Source of the DNA: an uncultured Actinomycetota bacterium | GTDB lineage: Bacteria > Actinomycetota > Actinomycetes > Propionibacteriales > Nocardioidaceae | DNA length: 64,000 bases | NCBI GenBank assembly: GCA_963714475.1 | Contig: CAVQOP010000001.1 | Coordinates: 675,481 to 739,480, forward strand | Direction of reading: 5' to 3' | Shown: in pieces, positions 55,554 through 64,000 of the stretch | Layout: every line of letters begins with the position of its first letter | How positions within the stretch are numbered: the stretch's first letter is position 1 | Made by a program: the position numbers and the translations under genes | The notes under the pieces: model-generated | Told to the model about the DNA's origin: nothing | Database searches by the model: none | The model's input: the letters and a program-made list of their open reading frames with translations, nothing else

Positions 55554-56696
55554 ATGGACTTCACCTACGACGACGAGCAGGAGGCGCTGCGCGACGCGGT
55601 GCGCGGCCTCGTCGGCAAGACCTACTCCGACTACGAGCACCGTCGCCAGACCGTCAACGACGATCCCGGCTTCGACGAGAAGCAGTGGTCGCGGATGGCC
55701 GAGATGGGCATCCTCGGGCTCCCCTTCGCCGAGTCCGACGGCGGCGTCGGCGCCGGACCGGTCGAGATCGGCATCGTGGCCCAGGAGATGGGCCGGGTCA
55801 TCGCCCCCGAGCCGTTCCTGACCTGCGTCGTCCTCGCCGGTGGCCTGGTCTCGGCGCTCGGCACGGACGAGCAGCGCCAGGCGCACCTGCCGGCGGTCTG
55901 CGAGGGCGAGAAGATCCTCGCGCTCGCCCACGACGAGCCCGGCTCGCGCTGGGCGTCCTCGGCCACGGCCGTGACCGCCAGCCAGGACGGTGACGCCTGG
56001 ACCTTGAGCGGGGTCAAGGAGCCGGTCGTGCAGGGCGCGCGCGCCGATGCGCTCGTCGTCACCGCGGCGCTGCCCGACGGCGGCACCGGGGTCTTCCTCG
56101 TCGAGGGCGACGCCGAGGGACTCGAGCGCACGTCCTACCGCACCTACGACGGCGGGCGGGCCGCGAAGGTCGCCCTGAGCTCGACGCCCGCGACCCCGCT
56201 CGGCGACGCCGTCGACCGGGAGTCGGCCATCGGCACGATCCTCGACATCGGCCGGATCACCGCGGCCAACGAGGCGCTCGGCTCGATGCAGACCGCGATG
56301 ACGATGACCACCGAGTACCTCAAGAGCCGCAAGCAGTTCGGGGTCACGCTGAACACCTTCCAGGCGCTGACCTTCCGGGCCGCGGACATGTACGTCTCGC
56401 TCGAGCTGGCCAGCTCGATGGTGCAGTGGGCGACGATGGTCCTCCTCAGCGGCGACCCGGCCAAGGCGGCCGACGCGGCGCGCCGCGCCTCGCTGCAGGT
56501 CAGCCGGGCCGCTCGTCACATCGGCCAGGAGTCGATCCAGCTGCACGGCGGGATCGGGGTCACCGCGGAGTACGCCGTGGGCAACCACGTCGCACGCCTC
56601 ACGGTGCTCGACCACCTCCTCGGCGACGGCACGCACCACCTCGGGGCGCTCGCCGGCGCGGTCACCGACTACGAGGGCATCGACCCGCTGGCCTGA
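55554..56696 (+). CDS. Acyl-CoA dehydrogenase family protein (partner subunit?)
   Basis: 380 aa, ACAD fold (IQLHGGIGVTAEYAVGNHVARL). Starts 15 nt after the preceding ACAD. Confidence 0.85.
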   Translation: MDFTYDDEQEALRDAVRGLVGKTYSDYEHRRQTVNDDPGFDEKQWSRMAEMGILGLPFAESDGGVGAGPVEIGIVAQEMGRVIAPEPFLTCVVLAGGLVSALGTDEQRQAHLPAVCEGEKILALAHDEPGSRWASSATAVTASQDGDAWTLSGVKEPVVQGARADALVVTAALPDGGTGVFLVEGDAEGLERTSYRTYDGGRAAKVALSSTPATPLGDAVDRESAIGTILDIGRITAANEALGSMQTAMTMTTEYLKSRKQFGVTLNTFQALTFRAADMYVSLELASSMVQWATMVLLSGDPAKAADAARRASLQVSRAARHIGQESIQLHGGIGVTAEYAVGNHVARLTVLDHLLGDGTHHLGALAGAVTDYEGIDPLA

Positions 56697-56792
56697 GTCA
56701 CGGCAGACGTCGCCGGACGACTCTGCTCGGTCTGGTCCTCGGATGCCCGACCCCGCCTGCTCCCCTGGCTCGAGACCGGCCCGGTCACGCGG

Positions 56793-56842
56793 CAGTCGTG
56801 TGCCTCAGCACGGCCCAGCCACCGTGCTGGGACACACGACTG
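56793..56842. terminator. Long imperfect hairpin (21-nt arms, 2 central mismatches) between convergent genes
   Basis: cagtcgtgtgcctcagcacgg cccagcca ccgtgctgggacacacgactg read directly. Confidence 0.5.
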
Positions 56843-56844
56843 CA

Positions 56845-58113
56845 TCACCGACCGGCGGGCCCGTCGGCGGACGTGGTCACCACGCGGACCTCGCCGGTCA
56901 GCGTGCGGTGCACGGGACACTTGTCGGCGATCGTCAGCAGCGCCGCCCGCTGCTCCTCGCTCAGCCCCGGCGCGAGGGTGATCTCGCGGTGCAGGTGGTC
57001 GACCATCCCGGTCGTCGACTCGCACTCGGCGCAGTCGCGCGCGTGCACGCGGGAGTGGCGTACGACGACCCGCGAGGCGCCCACGTCCCAGCCCTTGCGC
57101 TCGGCGTACATGCGCATCGTCATCGAGGTGCACGCCCCCAGCGCGGCCAGCAGCAGGTCGTAGGGGTTGGGGCCGGTGTCGGCGCCGATCGGCTGCGGCT
57201 CGTCGACCAGCCACCGGTGCGAGCCGGCCACGGCGGCATGGGCGTAGCCCTCGGTGCCGAGCTCCTCGACCGCGACGGCACCGTCCTCGCCCGCACCGTC
57301 GACCCCCGCGCCCGCCACCTCGTCGAGCGCCTCGTGCTCCTCCAGGCCGGCCGGCGGGAGGAAGCGCGCACCCCAGGCTGCGATCACGCCCGCGGCGTAC
57401 TGCGCGTCGGCGCGGTCGTTGAGCAGGTGGTCAGCCTCGTCGAGCGAGACGAACGACTTCGGGTGCCGGGCGGCCTCGAAGATCCGACGGGCCTGGTCGA
57501 CGCCGACGATCTCGTCGATCGGCGAGTGCAGCACCAGCAGCGAGCGCCGCAGGCCCGCGATCCGCTCGGTCTGGCGCTGGTCGGCGACGTCGTCGAGGAA
57601 GGCGCGCCGCAGCCGGAACGGGCGACCGCCGATGCGGACCTCGACCGGCTCGTCGCCCGCCGACCCCGGAGCTCCCAGACCTTCGATGGTGTGTGCCACG
57701 TGCTCGGGATCGGCCGGCGCCCCGATCGTGGCCACCCCGCGTACGTCGTCCAGCTCGCCCGCGGCGGCGATCACCGCGGCGCCACCGAGCGAGTGCCCGA
57801 CGAGCAGCGAGACCGGCGCGAGCTCCTCTCCGAGCCACCGGGCGGCCGCGACGACGTCGGCGACGTTGCCGCTGAACGTGGTCTCGGCGAACTCGCCGTC
57901 GGAGGAGCCGAGGCCGGTGAAGTCGAAGCGGAGCACGGCGACGCCCTGGCGGGCCAGCTCGCGGCTGATCCGGGACGCGGCGTGCGAGCGGTGGCTGCAG
58001 GTGAAGCAGTGCGCGAAGAGCGCGGTTGCTCGTACCGGCCCGTCGGGCAGGTCGAGGTGGCCGGCGAGCTGGACCCCGTCGGTGCCGGGGAACCGGACGT
58101 CCCGGCCGGTCAT
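56845..58113 (-). CDS. Alpha/beta hydrolase fused to an OsmC-family domain
   Basis: 422 aa. GHSLGG elbow in the N-terminal half. C-terminal NPYDLLLAALGACTSMTMRMY...IADKCPVHRTL is OsmC-like. Confidence 0.85.
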   Translation of the reverse strand: MTGRDVRFPGTDGVQLAGHLDLPDGPVRATALFAHCFTCSHRSHAASRISRELARQGVAVLRFDFTGLGSSDGEFAETTFSGNVADVVAAARWLGEELAPVSLLVGHSLGGAAVIAAAGELDDVRGVATIGAPADPEHVAHTIEGLGAPGSAGDEPVEVRIGGRPFRLRRAFLDDVADQRQTERIAGLRRSLLVLHSPIDEIVGVDQARRIFEAARHPKSFVSLDEADHLLNDRADAQYAAGVIAAWGARFLPPAGLEEHEALDEVAGAGVDGAGEDGAVAVEELGTEGYAHAAVAGSHRWLVDEPQPIGADTGPNPYDLLLAALGACTSMTMRMYAERKGWDVGASRVVVRHSRVHARDCAECESTTGMVDHLHREITLAPGLSEEQRAALLTIADKCPVHRTLTGEVRVVTTSADGPAGR

Positions 58114-58219
58114 CGCGGCGCTCGCAGGCTTGCTCGGACGTGGGGGCAGGGAGCTCGCAGCACGGCAGATCCTCTCGACGGTGCTGTGCAGGCTAGCGAC
58201 AACGACCCCCGCGACCGGG

Positions 58220-60049
58220 TCAGCCGGCGGTGAAGTGCTGGAAGTCGGGGCTGGAGTACAGCCCGCCCCAGGCCCAGCCGAGCCGGTCGAAGCTCCCGGT
58301 CACGACGTCGTCGTTGCGGATCACACCCGGCGCGACCCTCGCCCCGGCCGTGCGGTCCGCCAGGACGAACGGCCGGCCGGCCGGAGGCAGGACAGTGCCG
58401 CTGGAGGTGACGTAGGGGTTCTGCACCGGGTTGATGTCGATCGCGCGACCGTAGGCGTGGTCGGAGAGGCTCGAGGAGCCTGCCACCTGCCGGCAGTTGT
58501 AGGCCGAGGTGTTGTTGGCCGCCATCGAGGCGTCGTCGTCGCCGTCGTAGGCGTCGACCAGCTGCATCCGGCGGATCGGGAACCGTGCGTCGTACAGGCC
58601 GCCGAACAGCTCGACGACGTCGCGGGACACGTCGCGGTGCACCACCATGCGCCCGGTGTGCGCCTCCCGGTCGAAGCCGACGTAGGTCATCGTGAGCAGC
58701 CGGAGGTCGTCGAGCCCCACCGGGCAGCCGGCCCGGTAGCTGACTCCGCGCATCGAACGTCGCGTCGATCGGTCCAGGGTCCGCACGGTGCCGGTGTAGT
58801 CCGGCAGGCCCCGCCCTCGCTGGTCGGCGACGTCGCCCGGGCCGGGCTCCAGGTTCGTGCAGCCGCGCAGCGCGCCCAGGTCGGAGACCGCGGCGGCGCG
58901 CGCGGGTCCCGTCACCGCCCGGGGGGTGCCGCCCCCCTCCGGGATGATGCCGGCGCGCCACGACTCGTTGACCACGCGACCTCCGCGGACCGCGAGACGC
59001 AGCACGCCCGTCGCCGGCGGCCGGTCGGTGTACCAGGCGAAGTTGCCCAGCCCGTAGTCGACGAAGGTATCGCCGAGCATCCCGTTGCCCTGCTGGACAT
59101 GGGCGTGCGAGCCGACCACGATGTCCGCGCCGGCCTCGGCGAGTCGACCCGCGAGCTGCTGCTGGCTCGATGTCGGGCACACCGCGCCCTCGTCGCCCCA
59201 GTGCAGGTAGACGGCGACGATGTCGTTGGCGGAAGCGGCCCGACGTACGGCCGTCACGAGCTTGGTCGGTGGGTCCTGGCGGGCCGCGGCCAGGCCCGGG
59301 CCGGCGCCGCTCGCCACGGCCCACGTGGCGTCGACACTCTCCCGGAAGGAGGCGTCGGCGGCCAGGACGGCGACGTCGGTGCCCCGCACGGTGGTCCGGT
59401 AGGGGCGAAGCGCGCCCCGGGGGGTCCGGCCCGCTCCGACGAGGTCGACGCGCGAGCCGGCCTCGGCAGCCAGCGTGTCGCGCAGACCGGCAGCGCCGTA
59501 GTCGGCACCGTGGTTGTTGGCCACGCTGGCCACGTCGACCCCGGAGCGGGCCAGCACGCCGAGTGCCGACGGCGGGGCGCTGAACCAGTAGCGGTTCCCG
59601 ACCTCCTCCAGCTCCTTCGAGGCGGGCGCGAGGTCGCCGTCCACGATCGCCGCCTCGAGGTTGACCACCGCGACGTCGGCCTCACGCAGTACTCCGGAGA
59701 GCTCACCGAGGGTGCTTCCCCGCCGCCGGGGGAGTTCGGCAAGGGCTCCCTCGAAGTGCACGTCGCCGGCGAAGGCCAGCACCACCGGACGCCTCGTGCG
59801 CTCGGAACGGTCGCCGCCCCCACGGTTGGTCCCGGCGGCCGTCGTCGGTTCCGGCGTGGGGTCCGGCGCAGGAACCGGGGTCCCGGTCGCCGGGGCGGAT
59901 GAACCCCCGGACGACGACGCTGCGTCCGCTGAGGTCCCACCCCGCGAACCCGCCCCCGTCGTCAGCAGGACCGCCGACCCGACGGCGAGCACGGCCGCGA
60001 CCAGCACGGCGGGCAACGTCCGGGCCCTGCGGTTGGTCGTCGGTGTCAC
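58220..60049 (-). CDS. Secreted or membrane-anchored CapA (PGA_cap metallophosphatase-like) domain fused to an M15 (VanY/LAS) metallopeptidase domain
   Basis: GTG 60049 (GGAG upstream). TM anchor RTLPAVLVAAVLAVGSAVLL, Pro/Thr/Ser linker, VVLAFAGDVHFEG and ANNHGADYG (CapA), then SDHAYGRAIDINP (SxHxxGxAxD) in the C-terminal 200 aa. Confidence 0.8.
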   Translation of the reverse strand: MTPTTNRRARTLPAVLVAAVLAVGSAVLLTTGAGSRGGTSADAASSSGGSSAPATGTPVPAPDPTPEPTTAAGTNRGGGDRSERTRRPVVLAFAGDVHFEGALAELPRRRGSTLGELSGVLREADVAVVNLEAAIVDGDLAPASKELEEVGNRYWFSAPPSALGVLARSGVDVASVANNHGADYGAAGLRDTLAAEAGSRVDLVGAGRTPRGALRPYRTTVRGTDVAVLAADASFRESVDATWAVASGAGPGLAAARQDPPTKLVTAVRRAASANDIVAVYLHWGDEGAVCPTSSQQQLAGRLAEAGADIVVGSHAHVQQGNGMLGDTFVDYGLGNFAWYTDRPPATGVLRLAVRGGRVVNESWRAGIIPEGGGTPRAVTGPARAAAVSDLGALRGCTNLEPGPGDVADQRGRGLPDYTGTVRTLDRSTRRSMRGVSYRAGCPVGLDDLRLLTMTYVGFDREAHTGRMVVHRDVSRDVVELFGGLYDARFPIRRMQLVDAYDGDDDASMAANNTSAYNCRQVAGSSSLSDHAYGRAIDINPVQNPYVTSSGTVLPPAGRPFVLADRTAGARVAPGVIRNDDVVTGSFDRLGWAWGGLYSSPDFQHFTAG

Positions 60050-60251
60050 TCGCTGCTCCGTGTGGCCTCGTCGTTTGCTGCCAGACGCTAGCGACCACCT
60101 CCACAACTGAGCCCACCCCGACTTCCTGGTCCGGCCGGACCGGACCCGGACCGGGCCCGGGGCCGGGCGACGGAGCCACGGGGCGCGGGGGGGTCCGCCT
60201 AGGCTGCTGCCCACGCGGCCGACCGGGCGCCGCGAGAATGGAGCACCCTGG

Positions 60252-61143
60252 ATGTTCGCGCCGGCCCAGCAGTCCGTGCAGGCCATGCTGGACTCGTGGG
60301 GGGCGGCGCTTCCGCGGCTCGGGCTCGCGGTGCTGCTCGTCGTGGTCGGCTGGCTGATCTCGCGCGCCGTGCGGTGGGGGCTCACCCGGTGGTGGCGTGA
60401 GCGACGCGCCCAGCTTCGTGACCGTGATCAGCAAGCTGACCGGCTGGGTCGTGCTGGCGCTGTTCGTGATGAGCGCAGCGACTGCCCTGTTCCCCTCGGT
60501 GCAGCCCGTCGACGTGCTGGCCGGGCTCGGCTTCTTCTCGGTGGCCGTCGGCTTCGCCTTCCAGGACATCCTGGAGAACCTGCTCTCCGGCGTCCTGCTG
60601 CTGTTCCGTCAGCCCTTCCGCTCCGGCGACCAGGTCACGATCGGCGAGCTCTCGGGCACGGTGCAGGCGATCACGATCCGCGAGACACGGATCAAGACCT
60701 TCGACGGCCAGCTGGTGATCATCCCCAACCGCGACGTCTACAAGGGAGTCATCACGGTGCTCACGCACTACCCCTCACGTCGGCTCTCGTTCATCGTCGG
60801 GATCGCCTACGAGAACGACGCCGACGAGGCCTGTGCGGTGATCGAGCGGAGCCTCGAGGACCTCGATCGCATCGACGCGGCGCCCGGCCCGGAGGCGCTG
60901 GTCACCTCGCTGGGTGTCTCGACGGTCGACATCGACGTCCGCTTCTGGTGCGGGCCCGACCAGCACGAGACCCGCATCGCCCTGGACCGCGCCGTCACCC
61001 GGGCCAAGCGGGCGCTGGAGCAGGCGGGGATCGAGATGCCGGCCGACATCGTCGCGCTCCAGGCCACCCCCAGCCTGCGGGCAGCGCTCTACGACCGGGC
61101 GATCACCCCGGGCGGAGGCGTGGCGGCAGAGACCCAGCACTGA
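60252..61143 (+). CDS. MscS-family mechanosensitive channel; probable +1 frame break near 60385-60397
   Basis: TM1 (LPRLGLAVLLVVVGWLISRAV) is in ORF 60252... TM2, TM3 and the beta domain (GFAFQDILENLLSGVLLLFRQPFRSGDQVTIG) are in ORF 60397..61143. Confidence 0.75.
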
Positions 61144-61159
61144 CGCAGGCCAGGCGTTG

Positions 61160-61792
61160 CTAGGCCGGAGCGGCCCCCACCATCCGCAACGCCAGCGACC
61201 GGTGGTGGGCGGCGAGGTCGTCGGCTCCCCAGCCGCCACGCTCGTCGTACCAACGGGCCACGTCGATGCCGAGCGAGAGCAGAGCGGCCGCCGTCATCCG
61301 GACGTCACCGCAGGTGAACTCCCCCGTGCGCTCCCCGTCCTCGATCACCGCCACCAGCCTGGTCGTGATGGTGTGGCGCAGGTCCTCGATCGCCCGACGG
61401 TGATCGGGCGAGAGGGCACCGAGCTCGTAGTTGACGACCCGCGCGGTGGTGTGGGCGAGCGCGTGGTGGCGCACGAAGGCCTCCACGACGCCGCCCAGGC
61501 GGGTGCGCGGCGTGGCGTCGGCCCCGGCTTCGGCCAGGGAGGCGTCCACGACCGCGAGCGTCCGCTCGTGCCCGGCGCGCGCGATCGCCCACAGCAGCTC
61601 CTCCTTGGAGCGGTGGTGGACGTAGAGCGCGGCCGGCGACATCCCGGCCGCCGCGGCGATGTCGCGCGTCGTGGTGCCGTGGAACCCGCGCTCGGCGAAG
61701 GCCGCGACCGCGGCCTCCAGCAAGCGGCTCCGAGCCTCGTCCGCGCGCCCAGCCCGGTCGGTGCGCGCAGGTGGTTGACGGGCGGTGGTCAC
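61160..61792 (-). CDS. TetR-family transcriptional regulator
   Basis: RSRLLEAAVAAFAERGFHGTTTRDIAAAAGMSPAALYVHHRSKEELL HTH. Start GTG 61792 or 61798, or TTG 61810. Confidence 0.9.
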   Translation of the reverse strand: MTTARQPPARTDRAGRADEARSRLLEAAVAAFAERGFHGTTTRDIAAAAGMSPAALYVHHRSKEELLWAIARAGHERTLAVVDASLAEAGADATPRTRLGGVVEAFVRHHALAHTTARVVNYELGALSPDHRRAIEDLRHTITTRLVAVIEDGERTGEFTCGDVRMTAAALLSLGIDVARWYDERGGWGADDLAAHHRSLALRMVGAAPA

Positions 61793-61875
61793 GAGCACGA
61801 GAGTAAGCAAGCGCTTAGCGAACGTGCAACGCGCAGTGCAGGATCACCTGGCCGGACGAGCAGCAGGAGGCACCC

Positions 61876-62636
61876 ATGCAGGGCCTGGAGGGCAGGAGCG
61901 CGATCGTGACCGGGGCCAGTCGCGGCATCGGTCTGGCCATCGCCCGGCGACTGGTCGAGGAGGGGGCCCGGGTCGCGCTGACCGCCCGCAAGCCCGACGC
62001 GCTCCTCGAGGCCGTCGAGGCGATCACCGCCGAGCACGGCGAAGGGCGGGCGATCGCGGTGGCCGGCAACGCCGGTGACGCCGAGCACCGTCGCGAGGCC
62101 GTCGCCGCCACGCTCGAGGCCTTCGGCAGCGTCGACCTGCTGGTCAACAACACCGGCATCAACCCGACGTACGGCCCGCTGATGGACCTCGACCTGGACG
62201 CGGCCCGCAAGACCGTCGACGTCAACGTCGTCGCCGCCCTGGCCTGGGTCCAGGAGTGCCACCGGGCGTGGATGGGCGAGCACGGCGGGGCCGTGGTCAA
62301 CGTCGCCTCGCTGGCCGGCGTCAAGCCGGCCCCGGGCATCTCCTGGTACGGCGCCACCAAGGCCGCCCTGATCCACCTGAGCAAGGACCTCGCGGTCGAG
62401 CTCGGTCCGGGCATCCGCGTCAACGCGGTCGCTCCGGCGGTGGTCAAGACCCGCTTCGCCGAGGCCCTCTACGAGGGCCGGGAGGAGGAGGTCAGCGCGG
62501 CGTACCCGTTGAAGCGGCTCGGCGAGACCGAGGACATCGGCAGCGCCGTCGCCTTCCTGCTCTCCGCGGAGTCCTCCTGGATCACCGGGCAGTGCGTGAC
62601 CCTCGACGGCGGCGTCAGCCTGACGGGCGGCGTGTG

Positions 62637-62637
<1 letters not shown>
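61876..62637 (+). CDS. SDR-family oxidoreductase (FabG-like)
   Basis: 253 aa. TGASRGIG, NNTG, YGATKAAL motifs. AGGAGG RBS. Confidence 0.9.
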
Positions 62638-63439
<802 letters not shown>

Positions 63440-63443
<4 letters not shown>

Positions 63444-64000
63444 GCGAGCACGAGACCGACGAGGGAACCCGGGAGATCCGCGGCCTCGACCTGCCCGCGT
63501 TCCACCGCTGGTACGACGGCGAGCGCCCCGGCGACCTCGGCTCCGACCTGCGGGCGCGCTTCCTCTCGGGCGGCAAGTCCAACCTGACCTACGCCGTCAC
63601 CGACGGCGAGACCGTCCGCGTCGTACGCCGCCCGCCGCTGGGTCACGTCCAGGCCACCGCCCACGACATGGGCCGTGAGTTCACCGTGATGAGCGCGCTC
63701 GCCGACACCGACGTCCCCGTCCCGCAGACCTATGCGATGTGTCGCGACGAGGACGTGATCGGCGCCGAGTTCTACGTCATGGAGCTCGTCGACGGGACGC
63801 CGTACCGCTCGGCCGGGTCAGCTCGCCGAGATCGGGCCCGAGGCCACCGGCCGCCTCGGTGACGCGATGATCGACGTGCTGGCCGCCCTGCACCAGGTCG
63901 AGCCGGCCGCCGTCGGCCTCGAGGAGCTCGGGCGACCGCAGGGGTTCCTGGAGCGGCAGGTGCGGCGCTGGTCGCGCCAGCTCGAGGGTTCGAAGACCCG
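63440..64000 (+). CDS. Phosphotransferase (APH / acyl-CoA dehydrogenase-associated kinase-like) family protein, 5' part; +1 frame break at GGG run 63815-63817
   Basis: ATG overlaps the upstream stop (ATGA). FLSGGKSNLTYAVTDG...VVRRPPLG.... After YRSAG the family-typical QLAEIGPEATGRLGDAMIDVLAALH...GFLERQVRRWSRQLEGSKT continues in the +1 frame to the window end. Confidence 0.8.

Noticed and set aside
54282-56639. 785-aa minus-strand ORF
   Set aside because: It is antisense to the two acyl-CoA dehydrogenase genes and has no domain-like sequence.
61801-61875. TetR operator in the TetR/SDR divergent region (AAGCGCTT palindrome near 61809-61816)
   Set aside because: Only an 8-bp core palindrome is present, the flanks do not extend the dyad convincingly, and it lies within possible TetR coding sequence depending on start choice. 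Too weak to call.

Overview
High-GC actinobacterial chromosomal segment (G+C not computed, visibly about 70% with strong GC3 skew; taxon not verifiable here). I call about 60 protein-coding genes. I saw no rRNA, tRNA, CRISPR array, integrase or transposase. The backbone is core housekeeping, mostly on the minus strand. Its order matches, from memory, the mycobacterial guaA ... choD-guaB3-guaB2 ... groEL1-groES-tsaD-rimI-tsaB-tsaE-alr ... nnr ... glmS ... glmM-rpsI-rplM block. Interspersed are accessory enzymes: GNATs, alpha/beta hydrolases, SDRs and acyl-CoA dehydrogenases. Many long ORFs in the supplied track are antisense or out-of-frame GC artefacts and were discarded. I did not recognise a clear-cut new multi-gene system such as a defence island. 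The observations that deserve a second look are listed below. (1) Reading-frame breaks are non-randomly distributed: about 25 kb of core genes are clean, DUF559 and DUF222/HNH genes are shredded, and alr, htrA-like, mscS, a WYL regulator, a dipeptide epimerase, a beta-lactamase-like hydrolase and an APH-like kinase each carry a single break. (2) A 22-nt direct-repeat family occurs at two loci 16 kb apart, and there are other short tandem arrays, two of which place TGA in all three frames right at gene ends. (3) An 8-bp tandem duplication breaks a conserved ORF. (4) guaB3 is translationally coupled to a murein-peptide recycling gene set. (5) The t6A operon carries an in-frame GNAT-TsaE fusion plus an antisense GNAT gene. 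(6) There is a 914-codon ABC-F plus double-GNAT ORF that may be an artefact. (7) There is a secreted CapA-M15 peptidase fusion. Coordinates of hairpins and repeats were counted by eye and may be off by 1-2 nt.
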